From Adineta vaga (lineage: Eukaryota; Animalia; Rotifera): a stretch of 64,000 nucleotides of DNA. Positions within the stretch are counted from its first letter, which is position 1. Each line of letters opens with the position of its first letter. Below the pieces are notes generated by a model, which was not told where the DNA came from, made no database searches, and was given only the letters and a program-made list of their open reading frames with translations. Below are positions 50,379-64,000 of the stretch, one piece after another. The stretch covers positions 2,604,001 through 2,668,000 of the forward strand of contig CP075497.1 of the NCBI GenBank assembly GCA_021613535.1. The letters are read 5' to 3'. The position numbers and the translations under genes are program-made.

Positions 50379-53300
50379 TTTTGTTTGTTTTTTAGGAAGA
50401 AAACGTTTTTATAATCCAGACCATAAGATACCTTCACGTGAATTGGAAATATTAGAAGAAAAAGGTGCAGTAGTAGTGACTACAGCCGTTATGCTGTCTA
50501 TAAGCACACCGAGAACGGGAGAAAGAGAGAGGGAGAGAGAGAGAGAGCAAAAAACTCGTTTGTCAAGCGTTGATAAAATAGAAAGAGAAGAGAAGAAAAA
50601 AATGAGGAGAATAGTGAGCATAGAAGAGAATGCGCACAGAAAAGGAGAGAGGAAAACAATTTTCAAATGTCAAAGTTGGCATCGACTATTGTGGTAGGAG
50701 AATCTTCTCTTTTTTTCTGTCGTTGTTAAAAAAAAAGGAAAGAAGACGACACTCGAACGACCCACCGACCGCCGACCGACCGACCGACCGATGGCGACGA
50801 AAAAGAGAAAGAAACAAAACGACAACGCAAGAATAGCACAGGAGAAGAATTCTTTCTCTTTTCTCTGCTTTTTTTTACACATCAGCACTTTTTTTCTTGG
50901 GCATTCGTTTGCACGCAGCTTTTTTTCAGTTTCTGTAGAAAGCTTTCTATCACCACAAAAACGCCTTGCATCCGTGTAAAAATAGCGAAAGAGAAGAAAG
51001 GACACGACGTCGTCACCACTTCTACGTTCATAGATACAATAGCTTTTCTATTGACGATAAAAAAAGAACTGACAAAGGCAAGGAAAGAAAGACATTCATC
51101 TTTCATCAACAACCAAGGAATATTAGTTCTAAAGATAGATACACCTTTTTCTTTCTATATTTTTTTAACGTGCTCGTTTCCTTTCTCATTCTTTCTAATA
51201 ATGTTACTATTACTATTGCTGCTGCCACTAATAATAGTGATGATGATGATGATGATGATGTAGTACAAACAATTGTGCCGATTAAGTTACGTAGCTTTGT
51301 ATACAAAACGACGAACGGTAGTTTTACATATTATATTGAGAGTAATTCGAGAACACTGCAAGCATGTTGAAAAAAAATCAAAAGCAAAACAATTAATTGT
51401 TACTATTGTTGTTATTGTTATTATGTAAAGCAAAAGACAACATCTCTAGTTTCTATTCTCTTTTGATAATGGTAATGCTAAATAAGTTCTATTTTATCTA
51501 TTAATGTATATATAATGAACATCTGTATATTCATACAAGCACGTATGTAAGACAAACGACAAGTGCTTGTCTGTTGACAAATGGATACAGGCACGTCCTT
51601 CTCCAAGATATAAACAGCACCGATGATAAGAACAAATGAGATTTCGTGTCGTATTAGATGAATATAATTAAATACAGCAAAGTCTTTCCTATCATCTGTC
51701 TTTTATCCTCAAGTACTGAGGAAAAAAACGATTGATAATAACGATCAGAATTTACTTCAGTTTCTTGTCCGTGTTATTCATAGACACGCGTAGACATGTT
51801 ACATCAAGATAGATAACTAGATAAAATTTCTGTTGACAAATGTGTTTCTTCTTCCTTGTTGCTCTGTATAAAAGAGAACTTTTTTTGATGGTTATACTCT
51901 TAGATCAAATACCATCAATAATGGTGATAGAAATGATGATGTAAGTCTATGAAGTATATAAAACAATTGACATTTCTCGTTTCTCTTTTCCTCCCTTTTC
52001 TCATTATTCTAGTGGACCATAGATATGATTTTACATGAAAGTATTAGTGCGCAAGGTGTTGGCACCAATTGTCTGAGAACGTATCTATCGTTAGATCAAT
52101 ATAAGCAAAAGGGAAAGAAGAAAAAAAGTTCGACATAGGAGATATTTTCTCGCTTTCCTACTGTGCAAGATGAAACGTAAAGACGCGACTTCTGTATATA
52201 TCCAACAGTCTCATTGAATTTCGATTAGTTTTTCGAGCTGTTCGCTCAATCAATTGCTTGTTGTATGTATAAGATTAATCTTTCCTCTCGTTTTTTTTTC
52301 TTTTCCTATCTGCTTTTCTGCCCACCCTCCTATGTAGGTACACATGCGCACGCCCGTTGCGGAAGTCAATTAGACCGTACACGAAAGCACATAGAACAAG
52401 AAGAGAAAAGCATGTGGTGATTGTCGGTAGTAAAGGTCAACCGTTGGTCACCTGGCCGACACCCCCCTGTGTCGCATTTTTTTTTGCTCTTGCAACTTAT
52501 AATACAATACTACAAGAGGATATAGTCAAGTCAATAAGTGTGTATGTGCTGTTAACAATATAAGAATGGACTTTTTTTAGCCAGCAGGTTATCTTCATTA
52601 AAGGGCGATTTCATTTGTTTTCTATATTGTCATCAAACACAAAGAATCAAACAAAGAATGAAGTCAAGTATAAACATATCCTAACTAATTTCTAAACAGA
52701 ATAAACATTGTCATCATACTTCACATTTGACCACTTCATTTCTCTTTAACATAAACTTATTTCTTTTGATTTCAAAGAATAGATCTACTATGTTTTTCTT
52801 CTCGTTGTATATTAAAGCTTTTGAATGAACAGTATGTCCATCATTTAGATATGTTATTAAATTAGACAACGATAAATACTGTCTATATATGAACCTTGAC
52901 AACAAATGGGCTGATGAGATACAGCTCGATTCGATTAATTATTAAAATTTCTTTCCTATTGCTAACAAATGTCACATTAGTTTCATCTCGACAGTTGGTC
53001 CTCTGAATCACTAGTTAGATTCTATTCTTCATACATATACATACATATATGTATATGTATACATGATTAGAAAAAAAACCAAAGCGCAGATGGTACCCCG
53101 TCGGACATTTTTTCTTCATCAAAAACAAAAAAAACGGAAAAAAGACATACAATCAGAATATTATTCGTTTAATGTTGACATTTCAAAGAAACATTATCGA
53201 CAATTGAAATAAATTCTAGTAGAAGAAACATATTTTAACTTACCAATTTATTTTTATCAAAAAAAATCAAATAAAAATCTTTGTCGGTTGCTTTTCTATT

Positions 53301-56300
53301 TTCTTGTTAAATGATTGTTTTTCGAATGCATACAATGGCCGCAGATGGTATACTAATATATATTTAAATACGTGGATGTCGGATTACTCACGACGGATGA
53401 CTAATTTCAAAGCATAGAGAGAAAAGAGAAGAGGAAAAAACGATCTAAAGAGTATACTCAAGAGAATTTCAAAATAAAATAACGAAGAAAGTCGTTCGTA
53501 GGAAGATCATAATATTCCCCAGTAGAATACAAGACATACGACAAGTGATAGATGACACTATTGATCTGATCGAAAAAAACAAAACATGACTTTTCTCGTA
53601 TCACATTCAATCTCAGTGATGATAATCTTACACAATTCTGTTTTTAATCCATATTATATCTCTTTGCTATTCGTCTTTCTCTTCCCGTCTCACTCTGATT
53701 ACATTAACATTACTCATGTGCATTTTTACTTGATTGATCAAACAAATAAACATTCTACTCTGTTTCTCGAAGATAAGATTCAATTGAACAAAAATAATCT
53801 ATAGTCTATGATGATGTATATATATATATGACAGGAAAAAAATCATTAAGATGAAATCTTATCTTACCTTTTTGTATATATAGGTGAACGAAAATGGAAG
53901 TATTAAGTATCTAATATGAGAAAATTAATGAATCAGAAGACTTGTACAAGGTTGATGGAGTTAGATATGAACGCGACAACAATACACGGATGATATATGA
54001 ATGAATGAGTGAATGAATAGGAAGGGTGGAAAGAAGGATACAAATCGTCCGTATATATGTATGTATGTATATGTATACGAGAAAAGACGAGCGAGAGAAA
54101 GAAAGAAAAGGAAAGAGAGCACCAAACAATAGATCGATGGATGGATGGATGGATGGATGTCACATTAACAGTGGCAAACGTTGTACAGTGTTCACAAGGA
54201 GCAAGAGTCAAACGATCAGCGGTACAGAATGAACGAATGCACAAGACATGAACATTATCACAATGTGATTACTTTCTCTTTTTTCTTTTTCTTATTCTGT
54301 GTGTCTATCTTAAAATCAATGAAGGAGATATGCTAGCACAAGCTGTCGATAGATTCTCAGCGATCATTCAATGTGAATATCGATTGAAATTATCTCAACA
54401 ACGATCGAAGAAATTAATTGCAATATAAATCAATGCACTTGGACGAACATGCACACATCTGGTGTTGTTCATTGATTGAGTAGAATTCTTCTATTACATA
54501 ACTAAATAATGTATCATCTTTAACAATATATATATAAATAATAGTATAGGTCAAGCGAAGAAGATGATGGCGATTAATGACATTCCATTTACTATATCAA
54601 TTGGATAGTTAAAAATTCTTTATGCAAACGAAAATTCGACTAAACTCAATCAGCTTCATTCATTTTTTTTTCAAAATGAACTTTCAAGTTAGGACAAACA
54701 CAAATACATTTCTCTGTCTCTTTGATCTTCTATTGCACTTATGTCTTAATCCATCGACGCGTGCTTATATATAGTTTAAAACAAAAAAGAAAAATAACGA
54801 TATACAAAAATATAACTTACGGGATATTCTTCTCGTATAAAGACTTTTGTTGCCTTTTTTTAATGTTCGTCAATAAAAAATTGATAGTGATGGAATGATA
54901 CGTTTCGTCTTGTTCTAAAATAAATGAGAAAAAAAGATGATAATGATTAATGAGATATAAAGTAGAGGTCTCTGATAGACATTTTGACAAATATCTTCTG
55001 ATATTCGCTTCTCAGTGACATACACCCCATGAGTATATATATATATGTAACACTCTTTCTCCTATCTAATATTTTAATGAATACGAAAATGTATACGATT
55101 GACGTCGTTTCTTTTTTTTTCTCTTAATCTTTTCACGTAATCGTACCCGACGATAGATAAAAAGTAAGTTCAATCAATGATGGATGATTTTGTGAAAAAA
55201 AAATTTTTGACCTAATTCCTCTTTTCAATCTTTATCATTATGAGTGTATGATGAATTCTCATCTTACCTTAGATATATATATATATTCAAATAATGAATA
55301 TTATTGTTGTTGATAGAATAGAAAAAGTTTTGTTTACTAGAACACGCTTTTAATAATAGTGCAATGTCCTAATAGTTGAAATGATTTTCGTTGTTATTGT
55401 GATTGAAAAGATAATCAAGGTTGTTTTGTCAGACTCCTTGAAAGAGAATCGAATGGTTGTATTCGATGTAAATCGAGATGAAATATGTTGTAAAATTAAA
55501 AGAATAAAAGAACAAGACAAAAACGATCGAATATATTTGTGTTCGATTTAATAGTTGATGTTCAATGAAAGAAAAGATAAAGAGCCAAGAATATGATTCG
55601 TTGAAGTGAAAAATTGATGCGTCAATTCGAGGCTAAAATGAACAAGAAAAAAAAACTTGAAGATAAAGTACAAGTAATCAAACAAGAACGAAAAGAAGAA
55701 TGAATGAAAGTATTTTATGATCATTAACATATGTTGAAAAGGTGAGAAGCAAGTTAGAATTGTTCTTCATGGTTCATTGCTCGATTTCAAATGTATATAT
55801 ATATATATGTATACAAATATAAAGAGAACTATAGAAAAATTAATTTTTTTTCTATTCATCAATAAGTAACTAGTAATGTTAATTGTTTTTTTATATTAAA
55901 TAGAAAATATTCGAGAATAAATACACGGAATGTTTAGTATCGCTTATTTTGTGATTAACTCACCGTAAAACAAGAGTTACTATTATTTTCTTATCTTAAC
56001 AGGCTATTTTTTTTTACACTCAATTATAATATAACCGATGAAAAAATATCACGATGGAAACACATTGATCTCGGCCGCTTATCTTCTCATTGTGTCTTCC
56101 GTGTATATATGAATAGATGTGCGTCAAAGCTTCTTTGTGTGTATGTCAAACGATAATACAAAAAAAAAGAAGAACGAGAGTGCAAGAGAAAACATTAATA
56201 TCTAAATGACGTTGCCCGCTGTAGCCAATTTGCGTCAACCGATCTCATCCATACTACAATCGAGAAAGCGAGATAGAGAGGGAGAAAAACGACATCATGT

Positions 56301-59300
56301 AGAGATAGGGAATCTATACATACAAATACATAGGAATAACATGGGTGCGTACGTGTGTACAATGAATGAGAGAAATAGACAAATGAAGATGTAGTAGAAC
56401 ATTATATCCATCGATTTTGACATGTTTTTTTTTCGTACGAGAAACAAGGAAACCTCAATAAGTGAACGAGTTTTATATGCACTTCTATATTCACTATTCT
56501 ATTCGGTGAATAATAGACGTACTTTAATAAGAATAAGTAGATCTATTTGAATGAGAAAATATGCTACGATAGGCAATCACTGGCTCAAGGGATAGATTGT
56601 CTTGATAGGATAGACATACAATTGACTTCCGACTCTTTTATTTCTTATAGAATATAAGGAAAAAGAGGTTACACATATAATATGCAACCTTCACACTCAT
56701 TCGGACCAACCGGTCTCATTGTCATTTCTTATCATCATCATATCACCACAATGAACACCAAAGTACGCGTGCGAATAACTCATCGATGAGAAAGTGTACA
56801 AACTGAAAGATTACACAATATAATTTACTATTTACCTTGACTTGACGTTACTTAAAGGCAAGGAAAAGTCTTTGTCTTTCCATTGCTTTATGCTTATCGA
56901 ACTTTACCATCTTGACCCTTTCCTCCTTCAGATGTATTACCGTCACTGAACTGATATTGCGATGATTGTATATATACATATATATATGTATACGTATATG
57001 TATATGTATATAGAAGCGCTATCTTGATAATCATGGAAAATCGTCGTCTTCGTCGTAAATTAGCTCAACTCTCAGACGCTTACATATATGCAGACAGAAA
57101 CAGGCAGGGCAAAACAGTATTGTAAATATAATTACTATCACCAGACCTTTTCTAATCGATCGTGAGTGGATCAATCAGCAACGGTATATAGACAAATGTC
57201 TAATACCATTATTATTGACCACTTTCAACAAGCAATAACGAAAGATTTATTCATTTTAATTGTTATTACTAACTATTATTTAGATTTTCATCATACTTAC
57301 TTTCGATCGAAGGAATGCAACAATCCCTTGATACTAACCTCTTACATAAATACTCAAGTTTTTTCTCCTACTTCTGACAAACCAACGAAATCAATTAGAC
57401 TGACTATGTAAAAACTAAAAGAAGAATACGTGTCTACATATAAGTGTGTATAAGTAGGATCAAGATTTTTTTTATTCTGTTATACAGTCTGCTTGCCAAA
57501 TTTTTTTCTTCTTCAATATTTCAATCCTCCTTACTATTCAATTGTGTACTTAAGACCTTCTAGTATAGAGACAAGCAAACAGGCAATACTCAAGGTTATG
57601 ATTTAGCAATTGATGAGATGAAATGCGACACGACTTTCATCCTGTTGTTTCTGCATCATCGTTAAACGATAACAGTAATATTTATATAAATACATCTTTT
57701 GGTTTCTTCTTTCCAAATCTCCTTTTTTTTCTACTCTGCTGATCAACAAAGTAATTTAAGAACTATATTTTTTTCTTATACTCTCAATTTTCGTTACAAA
57801 AAGAAAAAGAGAAATCTCTCTGTATATTCATCCGATTATTAACATATACTGATACATGTTTCATTCATGTTCTTTCAAGGAAAATTCTCAAATTCATCTC
57901 AATCAATCTAGACATTTAACAATAGTTGCATGTTCATGATTTTTATTTTCTCACGTCATCTTCTTTTTTTCCTAAGGATAAATGAACTAATTTATTCTTA
58001 ATGAAATATGTAATAAAATTGTCTGTAACATACCTGATTATATCTCTTGATAAGGAAACTGTTTCGATAGTTTAAGAACAACCTTACACTCGTACGTATA
58101 TATGATCAAGTGGCGAATAAAGAAAAGATTATTTCACAGATTTTGCCGAAACAAAATAGGAAGAATGAAGAGGCGTAGGTTTATACTTGTTGAAGAGGAG
58201 AAGAAAAAAACGCGTAACAAGAAATATAGTTTTCCTTTCCTTTCTCTTTCTCTTAATGCCTCATATTTATTATACATAATCATAATAAATATTCGACGTG
58301 TCTAATTCTATTCTCTTGTAGCCACTCGTATTCACATATCTTTTTTCTTACTAATTGTACATTTGCTCTCATTTGTCGACTCTTTTTTCATTCCCATCAT
58401 CATTTTCCACATGCTACTTTCCGACAGTCTAACTAGACTTTATTTCTGCATCACTAACCCTTCTTAATCTTTCACGTTGGCTTTTGTTCACATCAGTACG
58501 GACGTTGATCTCGAAACAGAATAAAAGAAAGAATAAACTCGATCATTCACTGACTTCCTGACGCATATTCTGACAAGTATATCGAAGAAAAATACATTCT
58601 CTTGTTAATATTTGTATCACTGATATGCGAGTGGTTCCAAACTTCAAAGAAGAAAAAAAAAGAAGAGAAGTTCTGCTTCTTCATATACAAATACATCTAT
58701 CTGGATGGAAGAGAGAAATCGTTGGATTGAAGAGAAGATGGAAAAAGTCAAGAAAAAAAAATGTATGTTATTGATTGTGTAAAAGGTGACAGCTGCTGTA
58801 TTGATTCAACAGAATAATTGCCTCATAGACCGGCATCAGAATGATAGAGGTTTGATGAAAATTGTCGATAACTAGCTTGACTCCTGCTATGTTCTATTGC
58901 ATAATATGGAAGATGAGACGTTGTTCAAGAATATGTTTGTTTATTTCTCAGCTCAATCTATGTCTATTGGCAACATTTAAGAGAATAGCTGGAAGAAGAA
59001 GAAGGAAATAAGACACGAACAAAAATAATCAAGCACTTTATATTAAAAAGAAACTAGTAACTTTTCTTTCTTCTGCTATTAGAACGATGATGAACATTAT
59101 CTTAATACTGTTGACCGATTAGTTGATCTTTTTCTTCATTTTTTCTCTCTTAGCTTCTTTTTTTTTCATACCACCGCTGAAGAGGAAGAAAAAGAAAGAA
59201 GAAGAATTTTCTGAATAAATGCACGTTTAAAGATATGATAAAACAGACAAGAAAATGATTCAATGAAGAAGAAAAAAAAAGAGTCTGGAAAAAGAAAAGA

Positions 59301-59548
59301 GATAGTAACTTTCGAATAACATCTAACAGTGAAAAGAAAGAAGAAGAACAAGAGAGCAAAACGGAAATCAAGTGGAAAAGAGAATCGTTTTTCTTCCTTT
59401 TCTTTTGTGTGACTATTCTTACTGTACGTATGTTTTATCATCATTATATAAGAGAAAATTTGTTTCATGTAACTTAAATGGACTTGTCCAGACAAATTAA
59501 CAATGATTATAGAAGAAATGTATCGAATTTTATTAGTTAAAAGATTTT

Positions 59549-60412
59549 TTACCACCATTTTTCATAGAAAATATTTTTAACATGAAGATTTTTTAAAATA
59601 GTTTCTGTCCAATCAATAAATGATGATGGTCCACATAAATAAGTGGTAACAGGTTTTTCTAACCATTCGGTTGCTTGTTGTAAATCGGTTATATTGATAC
59701 GACGATTATTAATCTTAATATCATCATTAATATCTCTTGTTACAAAATAATTAGTTCGTAAAACATTATCTTTTATCATCTGTTGACATGATAAATCGAT
59801 GCTTGGACGAAATACTAAATCGTCTTTTGTTGATGCTGTATACAAGAATTGAACTCGATAGGGAGTGCTTGATGAATTCTTTATTTCATATAAATCACGA
59901 ATATGTCGAAGTATTGAAACAATTGGATTTGCTCCGATACCAGCACAAATAAGAAGTATCGAATCATTATTTGTTAATGATGAATGATAAGTAAAATTTC
60001 CACCGGGTTTTATTGAAAGTTTTTCATTGGTTTTACATTGATGGAACATGTATTTCGTGGGAGGATAATCAGTTTCTTTAATAGCCAATTCAATTAATCC
60101 TGTTTCCGAATAATCAATTGGAGAATTACAAATAGAAAATCCCGTTATAATCGATGTTATTGATGATGGAAAATAGAAATCCAAAAACATTCCCGGTTGA
60201 AAATGAAATGTTTTCAATGGATCATTGATAGATAGATAAAATTGTTTGATTGTTGGAGAAAGAGTTTTAATTGATTGAACAGTTGCTTCATAAATTGGAT
60301 CTATATCATTTGTACCAAATGAATTCGAACGATTTGATCGATTAGAAGATGCCATACGTAATGTTATATTGATGATTGATCGATTCGTTTTTTGATAGAT
60401 TAAACGTCTCAT
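59549..60412 (-). CDS. OXNAD1: Oxidoreductase NAD-binding domain-containing protein 1 (FNR superfamily), single coding exon
   Basis: FQPGMFLDF, GFSICNSP, IELAIK..YPPT, LLICAGIGANPIVSILRH, YLCGPSSF and C-terminal YEKWW. The probable start at 60412 gives an Arg/Ser-rich mitochondrial-type leader. Confidence 0.85.
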   Translation of the reverse strand: MRRLIYQKTNRSIINITLRMASSNRSNRSNSFGTNDIDPIYEATVQSIKTLSPTIKQFYLSINDPLKTFHFQPGMFLDFYFPSSITSIITGFSICNSPIDYSETGLIELAIKETDYPPTKYMFHQCKTNEKLSIKPGGNFTYHSSLTNNDSILLICAGIGANPIVSILRHIRDLYEIKNSSSTPYRVQFLYTASTKDDLVFRPSIDLSCQQMIKDNVLRTNYFVTRDINDDIKINNRRINITDLQQATEWLEKPVTTYLCGPSSFIDWTETILKNLHVKNIFYEKWW

Positions 60413-61497
60413 TAAAAACTTTCTAGAAGAAATAAACAATATATTATTGTCTGATGTTAATTCAAGTAGAAAAATTTTCAATCATCTTCAAATAAATTTG
60501 TTTTCTCACCGTGAGATTTTTTACTTTTTTTTGTTAATCAGAACAATGAAACTGTCAGCATGATGGATCAAATTTACATCTTAAGTTACGTGTCAATATA
60601 TAATGATTGATTGTGTTGAGAGGTTCTATGTATGAACTAAAATTTACTCATGGTCAAATGAATATAATGAATTACTTAACGGGTGTTTGAAAGGAGAATC
60701 TATGTTTGAAGATAAAGCATAAGCTTCTTTCAGATTGATATTCAATTTATATTACATAACTTCAATTTCAAACTGTGATTCTTAATCAAAATGAAAATTG
60801 AAATTCTTCTTCTTCTCTTTTTCTTCTTATCCTTGAATTTCTTCTCATCTGTATATTTCTCAAGGTAAAGTCTAACTACTAAATAGATACAAGATGCGTT
60901 ATTCAACATTCGAAGAAGGCCAAAAATATCTTTCAGATTGAATAAAGCATAAGACTGTGAATAAACATTATTAATATAATCTTTTCAACAAGGTTGTTCA
61001 ACAAATTCGGTAAATATGCTTTTCATTGATGTTAGCTTCTTTTTTTTGAATAAGATAAATAGCACATAACTAGACGACATGAATTATTAATAACAGAGAG
61101 AAAAGCATTCTTACATTACCCTAAAGATATCTGTCTAGAAGAGAAAATCGGCGAAGATTTTGTTAATTACCGTATCCTATTGTTTATTTTTAATAGAATT
61201 TCATTTGTAATAGAAAAGAAGAAAAGACGCCGCATGTAAAATGATGACATTCTTTTAAAATTAACCGAAAAATGAAAAAAAAGAAAACAAACAAACAAAC
61301 AAACGAGTAAACACATTTCGTCCTAATGATTTCTAAGTTCACCTAAATACTGAATATTCTTGTCATAATTATTTTGATATTGATTTCTTTGTTGTTTTTC
61401 TATTCTACGAAACAAAGCATACACGAGAGAAGAAAAAAAAGAGAGAAAGGAAACAAGCAAAAGATACAGAGAAAATATAATAATTAATCGAAGAGAT

Positions 61498-62862
61498 TTA
61501 TTTAACATCCGTTGAACTTGTGGCTCGTATAGCTGATCCATTTGATGTTGGAGGAAGTAAAGGTTTATTATTTTCCACATTTGTCATTGACATACTCGAA
61601 GTGAACTTTTTCAATTTCTCGATTTCAGTTGGTGATAAACTTGTTGGAGAAGAATTGGCATGATGAAGAATATTATTAACATCGGTTAAAGATAACGATA
61701 ATGTCGAATAACGTTTAATATGTTTAACAATATCTTTAACACGAATTGATTTGGCTCTTGAGGCAGCTGAGTCACCACGATAACTAAGAATATCTGTACG
61801 AGCGCCTTTGTCAATTAATAATTGAACGATTTCCGAATGGTCACGATCAATACCCCAATGAAGGGCTGTCCAACCTTGTTTATCAGTTTTATTAACTGCA
61901 CAATTTGATTCCAAAAGAACAAGTGCAACACCTGGATGATTATGAAAAGCAGCTAAAAGAAAAAAAATTCAATTTAAGTTACAAAAAAAAAAACATAAGA
62001 ATCATTTGAAAAAGAGTTTCTTCGATATAATAAACCTACCATACATTAATGGAGTAAAATTATCATGATCAATTTTATTAACATCAGCTCCAGCTTCAAT
62101 TAGCATACAAGCTATTTCAGCTAATGTTGCTTCATTATCGAATCCAGTATTATTTACTAATGATGTTGATGATGATGAATATGATCGTGGAGGTGATCGA
62201 CTAAAATTGAACAGAGAAAAGAAAAGAAATTGGTCTTATTTTGAAAGAAAAAAAACGAAATAATTTACCATAATTCATGAAGTGCTGTACGGCCTTGTTC
62301 AGTTTCAGCATCAATATCTGCACCGGCTTCTAATAATGTTAAGATAATATCCGGATTGCAAAAATAACATGCTTTCATTAATGGTGTCCAACCGAGTTTA
62401 TCTGAAAAGATGTTAATTAACTCTCCAAAGCATCAATCAGTCTTGTTGATCAACTTACCTCGAGCATTAACGTCGCTTCCTGCATGTAATAGTTTTTTCG
62501 CAATTTCAGTATAGCCACGTTGAGCTGCATGATGAAGTGCTGTTGCATCTCGAGCATCTTTTATTGCAATTTTAGCATTATTTCGTAGTAAAACTTCGAC
62601 AACAAGATCATGTCCATTTGCTGATGCCTATAATAAAAAAACAACCAAAAGGCAATCATATTAATCAAGAGATTTTATTGATCAATCGATCTTGTTTTCC
62701 TCTTACAATAAGTAATGGTGTTGATTGCGTTTCGAATGCTACCCAATTAACATTAATTGTATTTAATGTTCGATCACTTTCGAGCATTTTTTCAATTAAA
62801 TGAGCTTTACCCAATCCGCAAAGATTGTAAAATCGTTCATTTCGACTGTCAATATTACCCAT
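61498..62862 (-). CDS. Ankyrin-repeat protein (~6-7 repeats) with MGNIDS N-myristoylation-like start
   Basis: TPLLIASANGH, TALHHAAQRGY, GWTPLMKAC, GRTALHELC, FTPLMYAAFHNH and GWTALHWG across five exons. The exact 3' end is uncertain. Confidence 0.85.
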
Positions 62863-64000
62863 TTTGTTCTATATAAACATTAATATATTTATGAATGAAA
62901 GAAACATCATCTTTCTTCTAGTTGATAGAAGATGAAGACGAAGAATAACTTACGTAATCGGAAAAGAAAAGAGCAAGAGAAAGAGCGACAGAGAGAAAGA
63001 TAGCTTAAGAGTTTATATTTGCTTTCTCGATATAGGATGATGATGATGATGACAACGTTGTTGTTGTTCAATACTCTTGGCGTTGAATATGGTTAGTCGA
63101 AAGGACAGGAAAAGAGTTGATGAACGCCATCATCATCATTAGATATATAATAGAAGTTTTGTTATCTACAAATATAAGAGAGAAAAAAATGAATGAATGA
63201 AAAACGTTATGTGATCATGAATAGCACCTTATGTCCTTGTTTAATCAATAGGCTATGAAAAACGCGACAGAGGAAAAAAATCGAGTGGAAGAGATCTATT
63301 GTTGTCTAGGGAATATGCTTACGTCTTTTCTTCCATTCACTACGATCGAATAGCTATTCAGAAGGTGTATCTTCAAAATAATTTTCCTTCTTTTGACTTT
63401 TCTTCTTTTCTCTACAGTCAAATCGATCATCAGACATTTGTTTTGTGGTTTCAAAGGATTGAAAAAGAAAGAAAAATCCGGTACTGTTCTTTAGTGTTTT
63501 TTTTTCATATATATATATATATACGAACGTTTGTTAAATTACGGAAGAGATATAACTAAAAGAGAAGAGGAAATGCTGTAGGATATGCTGCCGTTACAAA
63601 ATCTTACCTTGACGATAATTTGTAACAGAAAATCGTTAGGTTAATGAGGCCAATTTTACGTCATTAAGTGAACAAAAAAGAAACGAGAATGTAGACTTGT
63701 CAAAAAGCGTTTCTTTTTTCATTTTCTCTTTCGATAAGAATAGAAAGAAAACCAAATAATTCACCTTCGCTTGTGCGATTTTTCATCTATTTTATATTTA
63801 AAAGTCTATCAACAGACTCAAGGTAGTTATTGTATATTCAGGCACATTCACACCATGACAAAAGACATAAATCAAATATATACTTAAACCATCTGTATAT
63901 GAGAACAACAAAATATGAATAGTTACTAGCACAAATATAAAAGTAGAAGCAGGAAAAGAAACCGACGACCTTTGCCTGTCGTTGTCGATGAGTCAGCCAG

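Noticed and set aside
50257-51370. Several 60-146 aa ORFs on both strands
   Set aside because: Antisense to exon 1 of the giant gene or made of GA/GAT/CCGA simple repeats.
57033-57125. Short ORF MENRRLRRKLAQLSDAY...
   Set aside because: Only 30 codons with no supporting downstream exon identified.
59166-59558. 130-aa ORF following OXNAD1
   Set aside because: F/S-rich low-complexity translation of the T-rich 3'UTR.
59549-60412. Intronless FNR-family gene as a possible horizontal transfer
   Set aside because: Motifs and the EKWW terminus match animal OXNAD1, and a probable 5'UTR intron is present.

Overview
AT-rich, compact animal genomic DNA with many short (~50-70 nt) GT-AG introns and abundant microsatellites. 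This is consistent with a bdelloid rotifer or similar invertebrate (inference). No prokaryotic features, rRNA/tRNA, CRISPR arrays or intact transposons were seen. Twelve genes can be assembled by hand: p190RhoGAP-like (runs off the left edge), cytoplasmic Asp-tRNA synthetase, class I Rab11-FIP, Abi, an SLC7 transporter, an Iav/OSM-9-type TRPV channel, TPPP/p25, a 94-aa secreted prohormone-like peptide missed by the ORF track, a PDE10-like GAF-GAF phosphodiesterase, a roughly 2,800-aa uncharacterised repeat protein, OXNAD1 and an ankyrin-repeat protein. The standout is the phosphodiesterase. It has two homologous 112-nt mutually exclusive exons that swap part of the catalytic pocket, and one of them is enclosed by a nested intronic RNA duplex with ~80-nt arms. 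It also has four phase-compatible alternative first exons, one with a c-Myc-type NLS and one with a Cys-Cys/polybasic membrane signal. Gene models and family calls come from manual reading and recalled motifs, not from database searches.
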